Assembly (NCBI GenBank): GCA_030390025.1
Contig: CM059433.1
Span: forward strand, 14,386,001-14,450,000
Length of the DNA: 64,000 nt
Direction: 5' to 3'
Origin: Squalus acanthias
Lineage: Eukaryota
The position numbers were made by a program, and so were the translations under genes. Shown here in pieces: positions 50,351-62,581 of this stretch (its first letter is position 1; each line of letters begins with the position of its first letter). The notes beneath the pieces were generated by a model. The model was not told where the DNA came from. It ran no database searches and saw nothing but the letters and a program-made list of their open reading frames with translations.

Positions 50351-52024
50351 ATAATTGTGCTAATGAAGGGTCTTCTTCCAAATTAGTAACCTATCTTTTC
50401 TCCTCTCAGGTGCTGCCTGAGCTCCTGTGCATTTCTGATATTCCTGTTTATTACTTTGAATCCCTGTATTTGCAGTTTTCTGTTTATCTCTTTGCAAGCC
50501 TCTTTTTTAAACAAAACTCTAACTCTGACTACTGTGCATTATAAATTTGCTTTACTGTGAATCAATCCCTTCAAAAGCAACTTTATTGTTCAAATAATAG
50601 TCACTTGGGGTTACTGAATTTAAATAACGACAAGAGAATTAAGAAAAGGACTTTTTTTGTTCGAGGAAGATAAAGGCAAGACACAATTGAACTGATGACC
50701 AAAGGGGTTTCTACATTTTTGGATATATTGTAAAATTAATCCCTCTGCATTCACTTTCTATCGTAGTCTAGTGTCACAAATCAAAACTGAACTGATAAGA
50801 AATCTATGCCTGAAAAATAAGGGAACAGCTAAAAAAAAACTATCAGTAAGAAAATAATAAGGAGTTATGAACAAAACTTGAATGATCAATCAGGAGAAGC
50901 TAGCAATAAAAAAGTAGAGGTGAACTAATCAAATTGTTTAAAAAAATACTGTAAAAAAATTTCATTACCATTTTCCGTCCCCTTCAGCCTGTCAACTAAT
51001 GGCTTAAAATAAGACTTCTACCACAATGAAATATTTTAAAATATGTATTTCTTAAGATAATCAAACTCGACTGTAAAGTTACCTTTTACATCCGAGTACC
51101 TTAATTAATAGTTTTACTCGAAGGCCTCAGCTTCTCTCAAAAGCCTGGACTTGACTTTATTTTCTTGCCCAGAGCTATCACTTCATCAACTGTCGGGAAA
51201 TGACTGCAGCTTGAGCATTTGCGGTTGCACGATTTCTCAGCACGCAGTTGCATGCTGTATTATCTAATATATGTTATATGTCAACTCCTTTTTGGTCAGT
51301 AAAGGAGAAGAAATCCTTCACAAACCTGCTCTGGTGGGCATGTATCTACAAATGCCTGACCAAAAATTAATTTTAGAGGTGCGTGACCCACTGATGGAAC
51401 ATCTGGCTCTGAGTGTGACTTCATGTGGCCAAAGTCTGCGAGTGTGGTTATGAATGACATGGTCTTGATTTGGGAACATGGATTAAGATTAGCTGTTGTC
51501 CTTTCCTTTAATTTTTTGTTATTAATTTATTAAAAACTACAAAGAATATACATTGTACAGAGCAATCAAATGCAATCATAAAAATTTCAACACAGATTGA
51601 AGTGATACGGTCTACCATGCCTGCACTCACTTTATGTTGCAGCTATCTACTCTAATCCCATTTCCCTACTCTTTAATATAAACCAATTTTCCTACTTTTT
51701 TCCTTCATACTCTGTAATATTTTTCTTCCAAGTGATTTCTAATTCCTTCTTCAGTGCCATTCATGTTTTAGAAATGCTGGGATAAAACAGTAGCATTGGT
51801 TCAGAATAAAAGATTCCACAAAAACCTTATCAAGGCTATTTTGAGCTGGCTGTGGGATCAAGGTATGAGTGGAAGGGACGAAGCCATGTAGGCCAGGGAG
51901 ATCCCCGTCTCAAACCCCAATGTGTGCGCTAGTTTATCTCGACCAGGAAAGCAGCAGGGAATGACAAATGGCCTCAGGTCGCCAACCCAGCAGGGATAAA
52001 TGATCATGATTTCTCCTCCTGGTT

Positions 52025-52661
52025 TATTTAAACATTAGTTTATAACACTACCGAATTATTCCACAATAAATTCAATAATTCACACTGGAAAAGTGATTTA
52101 GTTTCAGCCTATTTATCTTGATGTATTTATTAGACAGGCAATTGCATCACCATGCTAGTTGGAAGAAATATAATGACAATTTGACACAACAGAGGCGAGG
52201 ATTTGAGAAACAAATTCCATCTCTCCAGGATGTGTGCAGAAAATCTCAGTCAAGCCCATTTGTATTCTAATCCTTCAAGCCAGTTTAAAAGATTGAGAAT
52301 TTCCACCTCAGTCAGTTTCCACTCCAGGTTGAGGAGAAAAGTATCAAAGAAGCTTAGGCTCATCACTCTTTTGAGCATAAACATGTTGCAGAAGCTAACT
52401 GAAATGTTGTATAACTTCTTAGGCCTCAGAGCTGCGTCTCGAGAATTAAGAGTGACCTCTTTAAGACAAAAATTACACTTTATAATGAAGCAAATCAAGA
52501 AAGGCAAGTCTGATGAATCCAGTTTATTAAAAAAAGAATCCTTTTTTTATTAAAAAGATGATTGTTCCCTTCAGCATTCCAAGAAACTAGTTCAGTATTT
52601 AAAACTGTGTCTAGCTTGAGTAAATTCTAAAGCAACAATTTGTAGTTGCACAAGGAACACA
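52025..52661. other. Unclassified 637-bp insert flanked by a 22-bp direct repeat; paralog at ~61819-62404
   Basis: atcatgatttctcctcctggtt at 52003-52024 and 52662-52683. Confidence 0.75.
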
Positions 52662-53652
52662 ATCATGATTTCTCCTCCTGGTTGCTATTCAAGAACCTTG
52701 TTGGACATGTGGGAAGAATGGTTAAGGGCAGGATTGGATTCAACTGCGATTTATTTTTTTATGTATTTTTTCTGGATAGTGTATTGCTGTTTGATCTTTC
52801 ATTCCTCTTAACAAGAATGTAATTGATGTGGTGATGATGTTGCCCACAAGATAAGAAGCATGTCAATGCATTCCAGTGGCTTGGACATGTACGACCATTC
52901 CTTCATCGTCACTTGGTCAAAATCTGGAGTTCTCTAACTAGCACCATTGTGACAGTACCACCGCTACAAGGACAGCAGCGGTTCAAGTAGAAGGCCCACC
53001 ACCACCTTCAAGGCAATCAGGGATGAGCAATAAATGCCGGCCTTGTCGGCATCACCCACTTCCCATGAACAAATCAAGAAAAAAACTGAAACAGGGAATT
53101 TTCTATCAGGAATTTATTTCCACAGGAGAAATCAGCCATCTTCTCACTGCACTCATTTCTGATGCTGTGCCTTCCAATAATACAATCAGCTAACACTGGT
53201 ATTAAAACCTCCTGAGATATAAACATTTCTCTTTTCCAAACTGTCAAGTGTATCTTTTAAATAATCAAACTCTTCATCAGATGATACTGTGGGACCTAAT
53301 CTTGAACCAAATAATGACTGCGATTTTGTCAAGTTCCCAAACTCTCAGAGAGTGCACTGTAACCTATCAAAATCGTAGCACTTTTCCGTTGCAGTATAAA
53401 GCCACACCAACCATAATTATTTTTGTGACCAGAATGTATTGAGTAGTTTCTTTTCTGTGTGCCAACATTCCTATTGTGGTCCATCTAGTTTCATACATTC
53501 CTAACAAATTGATAATCTGATGCTCCATGTTATATTGCAAGATTTCAAAGTTTTCCTAAACATTTCCTGCTCCCCATGTTTCAAATACTGTACGAAACAT
53601 GTTTTTGATTGAGATCCATGTGGTTCCTTTTTGGATTTCAAAAGATACAGTA

Positions 53653-54052
53653 CAGGAAACTTTTGTTTATCCGGCACCCAAATATCCGGAATTCTCACTT
53701 AACCGGCAAAAATCATCCTCCGAAAACTCCTCTCAAATAACCGGCAATGTTGCCGAGTCGCAGTCGAGTCTCCGCAAACGGCGAGTACTCCGAAAACTCC
53801 TCTCAAATAACCGGCAATGTTGCCGATCCCGAGTCCGAGTCCGCGAACGCCGATTTAGTCAGTAGGGGTAGTTTTCAAAAGTGCCACTACTCGGCCTCCT
53901 GGCGCTGTCGGAAGTATACTGCACATTTCTTGATTTATTTATTTTTCTTTCTTAAAAATAGCCTCGGTAGATATAACTCTCCGTTATCCGGTACTTTCGA
54001 TAAACCGGCACCACGCCGGTCCCGTCGGTGCCGGTTAATAAAGAGTTTCCTG
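53653..54052. mobile_element. Tc1/mariner (pogo/Tigger-like) MITE
   Basis: TA TSD; TIR caggaaactttt..ttatccggcacc / ggtgccggttaataaagagtttcctg; internal ~70-bp tandem duplication. Confidence 0.8.
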
Positions 54053-54095
54053 TACTAAGATTGCTAACCAATTTCGAAGGGACTTGAACTATAGA

Positions 54096-54360
54096 CCCCA
54101 ATTTTAATTCCTGCTGGATTCCCCACTCAGACGTGAGTTAAAATTACAGTCGAGACTCAATGATGTCATTGGGCCGCAACATGCCTATGTAAAGAAGGAC
54201 CCTGTTGGCTCTGGGCGGGTGTCCTTGCTGCCTGCTCAGGAGAGCAGGTTAAAATTGCAGATGTTGTAATTATGGCAGCTTTTGGACAGGTAAGAGCCAG
54301 GGTGATTTTTAACTGCCCACCCGCCAGGTATCTGCTGAGCGAGTAGGGTTAAAACCGCCA
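54096..54360. mobile_element. Harbinger-type MITE (inverted copy of 42823-43091)
   Basis: Reverse-complement homology. Confidence 0.7.
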
Positions 54361-54548
54361 CCGTGTCATTAACCACTAGGCCACCAGGCGAATGAGATGG
54401 AATACTGAATATATAGAACAGTTTGAGATTGGAAAAGGTGTACTTCAAAGATATGTTTTGTCACCACATCAACAATGTAATTATCCAGTGAGAGGCTACT
54501 AGGAGTGAAGACATGGGGCAAAATCAGGAGTTAGCACAGGAAGAATAA

Positions 54549-55377
54549 GGGCTGGATTTTCTCAGCCCCGAGGAGGCGGGCATGGAGGCAGGACTACCGG
54601 TAAAGTGGGGGCGGATGGCAAACCCGCCCCCATCCCGCTTCCGTGCCCTTTTGCCAGGAGGCGGGAAGCTATGCTGCTTCGGGTCCCGTCTCCTCGAGGC
54701 GGGAAAGGGATTAAATTATTTTAACTGCCTGTAGTTAACAGGCAGAAAAAAGGATTAGTCCCATTTTACCTTTTAGGTGATGGCTTCCCGACTTCGGAGA
54801 ATCCTGCCGGGGTGGAGGAGTCGAGTAGGAGGTCTGCGGGGGTCAGAGGGACCTGAAAGTGAGATGTAGAGGTGAGTGATGGGTGCAAGTGTGGAGTGGT
54901 AAGTATGTAAGGTGAGTGATAAGTGTTAAAAAATGTTCACTTACCTTGGTTTCTGCCTACAGCCTTCATCCGCTCTGGATCGGGAGTCCAGACATCTTCC
55001 TTGTCGATTTCACAGACTGGCTGTTTTAACCTTCGAACCAACAGTCATCTGAAGAAATCTACAAAGTTGAAAGGTCTGATGAGTCCTGAACACAAAGACT
55101 CATCAAACTACAGAGAATGTCACTGTTTGACAGCTTCACAGAGCTGTCAAACACTGACATTTCTTCTTTCAAGAAGTCTTGACAGATGGCATGTCGGACG
55201 TTGATGTGCTCGGTCAGTGACTTCCCCCTAATTGGCCTGCTGAGCCTGCAGGGTGGGCTTAACAAGGTCAATCAGGGGAAAATCCCTCTGGTTGGCCAGA
55301 AGATGATGGAGGCAGGACATAGACCCGACAAGCAGCAGTCCCGCCTCCAACTCGTCTCCATTGAGAAAATCCAACCC
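54549..55377. mobile_element. Harbinger-type MITE (copy of 24017-24851)
   Basis: Same TIR and colinear homology. Confidence 0.8.
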
Positions 55378-55927
55378 AAAAAGTCCACAATTGCCAATTT
55401 ATTCATAATATATTTGATTGATAGTCCTGTTGTATAAGCTCAGCATGTAGTGGTAGGAGAGTGAGGAGAAGCTCTTTAAGCTGTTATGGCAGCAAGAATC
55501 GTTTGCTGGACAATGGTAGCAAAGCATGCATTTTGGCAAATGTGGAAAAGTTCCATTATGTCAAGGCCTTTAAATATCTTGGATTGCTGATTGCTGGTAA
55601 TTGAGCAAAGGGAATTAGGGGATTGTGTAGAAAGTTTTCACAGATTTAAGGACACATACATAGAAATGGAAACAGAGCTAAAAAGTCATTAATAAGGATC
55701 TTTCTCCTAGATAGTGTGGAGAGCTGGGCACTGAAGGTTAGTGATGGGAAAAGGGGTAGTGATGAGTGAAGGTTGGCAGCAGAGAGCTTATGTATTATTG
55801 GGATGACAACTCAATGGAAAGAAAAGAGGATGTTGTTTAATGACATTCCGTTCCAGTTAACATGATGCATTCAAACTAGCAACATATTTTCCCGAGCTTG
55901 TGTAGATGCCAACCAGAAACCAGAGTA

Positions 55928-56440
55928 GAAACATAGGAACAATAGTAGGCCATTCAGCCCCTCGAGTTTGTTTTGCCATTCTATTGGATCATGGCTGATC
56001 TGTACCTGAAATCCATGGACCCACCTTTGCTCCAGATCCCTTGATACTCTTTACCTAACAAAAATTAATCTATCTCAGTTGTGAAAGTTGCAATTGACCC
56101 TGCATCCACAGTGCTTTGGGGGAAGAGAGTTCCAGATTTCTACTACCCTTTGCGTGAAAAAGTGCTTCCTGAGGCCTAGCACCAATTGTAAGATTATGCC
56201 CCCTTGTTCTGGATTCTCTCCAGAGGAAATTGTTTCCCGGTATCTACCCTAGAGAATCCCTTTATTATTTTAAAAACCTCGATTAGATCGCCCTTCAACC
56301 TTCTAAACTCAAAGAATGCAAACCATATGTAAACTATCCTCATAATTGAACCTCTGAAGCTGGTGAATCTGCATTGTAACCCCCTCCAAGGTCAATTTCA
56401 CTTTCCTGAGGAGCCGTTCCCAAAACCAAATGCAATTCTT
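55928..56440 (-). mobile_element. Old CR1 3' portion
   Basis: gtaggccattcagcccctcgag...atcatggctgatc tail. Confidence 0.75.
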
Positions 56441-56904
56441 CAGACAACTGAATTCATTCAAAAAACAGTTTGATATCCAATAGATATGGAGAGGAAACCG
56501 ATACAACCTCTAGGGTGCAGGAGTACAAAGTATTCAGCCTTATGGCTTGAATATATACTCAGTACACTGAGGGATGAACATAGGCTATTTAGACCGATGC
56601 TAGAAGGTTAGGAGAGCAGCATGCATGGGTTTGGCCTTTAGTTTCCTCTCCGCCCAAAAGAAAAAGCAAATTCTACTTATTATCCTTCCTCACCATTAGT
56701 GCCATCATAAAAGATTAACCAGTCATTCATCTCGTTTCTGTTTACGGGATATTATTGGTACAGAATGGTTGCTGCGTTTGTTTGCATAAAAAGTCACTGC
56801 AATCAAAAAAATCTCTGCGTACAGTTTTTGGAGATGCAATATACACACAATATTATGCCAAGTAAAAATGCAAGTATTTCTTTACGGTCAGGGTTGCAAA
56901 CTAT

Positions 56905-58575
56905 GGCCACGATTTTACCAATGGAGGCGGGTTGAGTGCGGATCCGCTGCTCAGAGGCTTTCTGACCCGCTCCCAGCTCTTACTATTTTCACTTGATTGG
57001 CTTCGTTGCGCCGACGTGCGGGTTCCCTCCAGGCAATTGCTTGGAGGCTGTCAGTTTCTCGCGTCTGATGACACGTTGTTTGGATGAAAATTTAAAGGGG
57101 CCACGTCCCCTTTGGGAAAAATGTCAATGGGATGGATCGGTGCTTTATTATCTAGAGAGGGGAGTTGACAGCATCTGTTCTGAACAAAATTTAATGAATG
57201 ATATTGCTGGTCATATTATTCCAGAAAGATATGTATGATTTTTTTATACATCAATTTATTATCTGACTATGAAATGAAAAAGATGCCAGATTTGTTCCAA
57301 TCCTTGGCTTAGTAATATTAATGCTTTTTTCTCTTAAAGGTGCTGGCTGCTGCAGGAACGGCAGCCCCAATAACTAAGGCTGCACCCAGGTTCAATGAGG
57401 GCTCTCTCCATGCTCTTGTTGAGGGAGTTCGAGGACGTCAGGAGCTCCTCTTCCCTGGAAATGGAAGGAGGAGGCCTCCTCAGCAAACCAAGGCAGCTTG
57501 GCTGCAAATTGCTGAGGAGGTGAGCTTGAGGTCTGTGTGCAGACGCACATGGGTTCCGTGTGGAAAAAGGTTTAATGATCTGCTGAGATCACCTAAAGTG
57601 TGGCCCCTGTGTTCTGGGAAATGGCAGTTCAAGAATGAGGGCTCAGGGTGATTTCCATGTAGAATGTTGGTGGTGACACTGAGCGCAAACCACCATTTAT
57701 TGGACAGATGATGCCTGGGGTTTTGAGAATGTCGGACTTATATTCATCACCATGTGCCAGCCACCTGTGGTTGAAGCATAAGCTTACGCGAATCTGGCAT
57801 GGATGAGTGCATCCCTTGCCTGACGGCCAGCAATGTGGTCGCCTGCTGCTGGATTGGCCACATCCGGCCCCGCAAGGCATCACTCCCCATCCTCCTACTC
57901 ATCCTCCTCCTCGTCCTCCTCCTCCTCATCCTCTTCATCTTCCTCTTCATCTTCCTCCAAGGAGGCTGTGTGCTGAGCCACTTGTTCATCCGGCAGCACT
58001 AAGCCGCGCTGCTCTTCCTCCAAATCTGACGACCAGGATGAGAGGATGTAAATGGTTCCCATCCCATTGTTATAGATTTCAGTTGAGGCAAGAAGCTTGT
58101 AAGCGCACACTCAAAGTGGCCTGAAATTATTCCAATCAGTTCAAATAGCAGATTTGTGTCAGCTTGACCAGTCACAAGGTCAGTAGATTTGCAAAATCTT
58201 ATCCCCAAACCTCCAACAACAAAGTTGTTGCATTTGAATGCCAGCCATGTTACAGGAGCGCTTTTAAAGTTCTGCACCAATAATGACTACAGATCATGTC
58301 CTCCACCAACTCGTCTCCTTGCAGCTGGACTGTTTCTGACAACACGAAAATGGGAAACCACTATCAAAGTAGGATTAGCAAGGCAGTTAACAGGCTCTTA
58401 ACTGCTTCAACTACCTGTCCCACTGGTTGGAGTCGGGTCAGTTTGGGAGCAGCTGAACAGACACTCACGAAAATCGCGTGGGGGTGGGATGGAGGCGGGT
58501 TGGGAGTCTGAAGCCATTTTTTCCAATTTTGGCAGCTGATAAACCCGCCTCCCCAGCGCTGTTAAAATCGAGCCC
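56905..58575. mobile_element. PIF/Harbinger internal-deletion derivative
   Basis: TIR ggccacgattttacca / tgttaaaatcgagccc; TSD TAT; Myb/SANT exon on plus, transposase-like ends on minus. Confidence 0.85.
57340..57600 (+). pseudogene. Harbinger Myb/SANT-like DNA-binding domain
   Basis: AAPRFNEGSLHALVEGV...LF...AAWLQIAEEVS....RTWVPCGKRFNDL; preceded by a splice acceptor ttctcttaaag. Confidence 0.85.
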
Positions 58576-59551
58576 TATGTGTGGTAACTGGAGCATGAAC
58601 TTCCATTGCATCACTCTGCCACACAGCTTATTGGAGCACAACATGTCTCCACGTTATTGGATTTGAGTTAAATTTGTTATTTGTTCGTTTTTTTGCTACT
58701 CGTCATGAGCTGTCTGGCACACACAATTAACTGACAAATGGTCATGCTTGTTAGTGAACAACTTTTCTCTTTGTTACCCAGTGACTGGCTTCAGTGCTTG
58801 TGGATCGCATACACAGTCGTACTATCATAACATCTTATGTAGAAAAAGAATGTGCTAAAAGTAATTTATGAAGACATCATTAGTTGATGTAGGTTTATCA
58901 GAATTACAGGACTATAATGTCTATTGACTCAAACTGCAGTGTTTGGCACATCCCTTCATTTATTGTACTGTTTGACCATGAAAGCTGGTTTCAGCTGGCA
59001 CACGATTGTCTGCTTTTTTCCCCCCAAGAAATACTTATTAAAAACCTTTGCAATAGTATAAAATCTAAAATGAAACTTATTCAAAGAGAAAAGGAAAGGA
59101 GGGCCATTTAGTTCAGACAGCATCTAATGAGACTTCTTTGTATTAATTCAATACTGAATATACGTAATAAAATGTTCATCAGTGTGAGGATTCACAGACA
59201 CCTCAGCCACATAAAACATTTCATGGCACAGTGTGTTGAAACACTGAAGGGTAAAAAAAAAGTCAACAAGTAAGAGCAACTTTTATAAAAAAATGTTACC
59301 TCAATGAATATGTGGCTTTATCTAGGGACATCAATGGGAAGTCAGAAAAAAGATCAGATTTCCAATTAGGATACCTTTCTTCGCAGCTAAGCATAAGATC
59401 ATCCATCAAATGAGTACTAGTTGTCAGGTTTATAGAAAGACTAAGAGGCCCAGATCTATTTGGATATGGATAATCTTGTTTTGATTCAAAGACTAGGAAG
59501 ACATAGGTATGGCAGAAATATAAAGAAAAGTATTACATCTGAAATAGATAT

Positions 59552-60016
59552 TGGTCAGAATGTTTACCTGCAGACCTGCTGGGAGCAGAGGGGCGGATGG
59601 GGTGGAGTCCGGCAGCACGCGGGAAACCTGGAAGTCTAGGTTTAAACCTCCACAACATGCATCTGATATCTTCGACAGGCTTGGCTTCCAATCGGGCAGG
59701 GCGCACCCTAGAGGAGGCCGCAGGACCAGGTAGGTTGGTGGGCTGGGGCGGGGGGGGGGGGGGGGGGTGGTTGGGAAGAACCCCTGCTTCCCCCTGCTCA
59801 CAAGGAATGCTCCCTGAGGCTATCCTCTCCTCGCTACAGCAACATATTTAAAGGGCCAACCCACCTCCTGGGAGCGGGTTGGCTGCCCGCCCCTGGTCCC
59901 GCCTCAGGTAAAACCCGGAAGTTGGCAGGTCGGAGCCGGCTTCCTGACACGCTTCCAATTTTTCTCCATTTAACCCCCCACCTGCACCTACTCACTCACC
60001 TATGTTAAAATTTCCC
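59552..60016. mobile_element. Probable Harbinger-type MITE (diverged)
   Basis: GC-rich, weak terminal symmetry, ends gttaaaatttccc. Confidence 0.4.
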
Positions 60017-60462
60017 TCCCCCCCCCACCCCCACCATTGAGTCAATCACACTGCTTGCCTGATGCCCTTGGTGTGACGCCCAAGGCCTCATTTACATTTG
60101 ATCAGCAAACAGCGAGTGCTGAGCCAGCTCGCCGATTGGGGTGGGCAGGAAAACCAATGGCTTCTCCCCAGGAACGAGCCAGAAAATTTATCTGCAGTGG
60201 TGGGAGACACAGACCGCAGCAGGTGTCAAGATTTTTGTGGGGCTAGCGTTCATGATCCTTCCAACCCCGCATGAATCTGTAAAGATCCAGAAAGTTACCT
60301 GGTTATGGAGTGGACTGCAGCAGTCCCTTTAAGGACTGCTGGTTAGATCACTTAAGGCCCGGTACCAATGGCACCCTGATTTATCTTATGTTGTCCGAAT
60401 CAATCAAAGATGGCACCAGAGGCTCCGACCTTCTTGCTAGAACTATGGGCAATATTATAAAT

Positions 60463-61077
60463 CTTCTTCTCTTCTTAGGCAGTCCCTCAGAACCGAGGAT
60501 GACGTGCTTCCACACTAAAAATGAGTTCTCAGGTGACTAATGAGTCCAATGCGGGACCTACAGTCTCTGTCACAGGTGGGGCAGACGGTGGTTGAAGGGG
60601 CGGGTGGGTGGGGTACTTGGGTTGACGTGCGCTCCTTGCGCTGCTTGCGCTTGGCTTTTGCTTGCTCCCGGCGAAGAGACTCGAGGTGTTCGCCGCCTTC
60701 CCGGATGCTTCTCCTCCACTTTGTGCAGTCTTGGGCCAGGGATTCCCAGGTGTCGGTGGGGATGTTGCACTTTTTCAAGGAAGCTTTGAGGGTGTCCTTG
60801 AAGCGTTTCCTCTGCCCACCTGGGGCTCTCTTGCCGTGTTGGAGCTCCGAGTAGAGCGCTTGTTTTGGGAGTCTCGTATCGGGCATGCGGACGATGTGAC
60901 CCGTCCATCGGAGCTGATCGAGCGTGGTCAAAGCTTCGATGCTGGGGATGTTGGCCTGAGCGAGAACATTGATGTTGGGGCACCTATCCTGCCAATGGAT
61001 TTGCATGATCTTGTGGAGGCAGCGTTGGTGGTACCTCCCCAGTGCTTTGAGGTGCCTGCTGTACATGGTCCATGTCT
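60463..61077 (-). mobile_element. RTE-clade LINE 3' end
   Basis: QLRWTGHIVRMPDTRLPKQALYSEL..GKRAPGGQRKRFKDTLK...CPTCDRDCRSRIGLISHLRTH; (gaa)n tail. Confidence 0.9.
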
Positions 61078-61554
61078 CTTTTAATATGATAAATATTGCA
61101 ATAATTAGCAAACAAAATCGGTTTATGATCAACCAGCAACTGGGCATCTCTTCCTTCCTTGGGAATTAACAAAACTGAGTCTGAAATCTGGGTAGGCAGA
61201 AGAAATCCAGAATGAAATGAGTAAATATTAAATAAGGTAGGAGCACATCTTTCTACAAAGTTTAATCCGGTAACAGTCATTACTTTGGACTTGATCATTC
61301 AGTACATCTGTAATTGCATCCTACAACTCCCACTCCATACTGGAGCACTGAGCCTCATCTCACCACCCTCAGAGACCTAGGGGAAATCTAAGACAGCTGA
61401 ACGTTGTACGAGCACCACAGGAGAGGCGGCCTATTTGTATTCTGGGAAAGAATGGGAGTTCAGATAAATAACCTCAGGATCATAAATAATTTGATTCGGG
61501 AATGTTTTCACAGAGCCGGTCATACTGGTGGGTAAGAAGCAGCAAATTAAATAG

Positions 61555-61803
61555 TCTGGTCCCAGACACCCCCACATCTGGTCCCAGACACCCCCACATC
61601 TGGTCCCAGACACCCCCACATCTGGTCCCAGACACCCCCACATCTGGTCCCAGACACCCCACATCTGGTCCCAGACACCCCCACATCTGGTCCCAGACAC
61701 CCCCACATCTGGTCCCAGACACCCCCACATCTGGTCCCAGACACCCCACATCTGGTCCCAGACACCCCCACATCTGGTCCCAGACACCCCCCACATCTGG
61801 TCA
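61555..61803. repeat. 21-23 bp minisatellite (tctggtcccagacacccc(c)aca)n, ~11 units
   Basis: Tandem repeat whose units vary only in C-run length. Confidence 0.95.
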
Positions 61804-62581
61804 TGAGGAAAACGGAAGCATTCGTTTATCGCACCACCAAAATATTCCACAATAGTTTCAATAATTTATACTAGAAAAGCTGATTTGTCCTGATGTTTTT
61901 TTTATCAGACAGGCAAGCAAAATGAATAATGAGGTAGGATTAGAAATATGGATCACGAACTGCATCTCCATGCTCGTTGGAAGAAATATAATGACAATTT
62001 GACACAACAGAGGCGAGGATTTGGAAAACAAATTCCATCTCTCCAGGATGTGTGCAGAAAATCTCAGTCAAGCCCATTTGTATTCTAATCCTTCAAGCCA
62101 GTTTAAAAGATTGAGAATTTCCACCTCAGTCAGCATCCACTCCACGTTGAGGAGAAAAGTATCAAAGAGGCTCATCAATTGTTGGACCAGAAACATGTTG
62201 CAGAAGCTAACTGAAATGCTATATAACTTCTTAGGCTTCGGAGCTGCGTCTTGAGAATTAAGAGTGACCTCTTTACGACAAAAATTATAATTTATAATAA
62301 AGTAAATCAAGAAAGGCAAGTTCTCACACCATCAATTAAGCAAATTTATTAAATTTCGCTTTATTAAAAAAAATCTTTTTTATTAAAAAGATGATTGTTC
62401 CCTTTGTAAGATTATCGTGGATTAGTTGTTTTAGAATACTTGTTTTATTACTTTATAATCATTAGTATCTTATGATCAGCAGTATCTTATAATCATCAGT
62501 AATGGATTTATAATCAGGTGTAAGAATTAAATGTAGATGTCTATAATCATCAACTGTATGCAATGGTAACCTGAATTATTT

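Noticed and set aside
50965..51260. Minus-strand coding exons (MQLRAEKSC...; 20-nt microexon)
   Set aside because: Short ORF with an early stop and no recognisable homology; splice-like motifs alone are insufficient.
61431..61855. ORFs with GVWDQMW/PDVG repeats
   Set aside because: Translations of a minisatellite.
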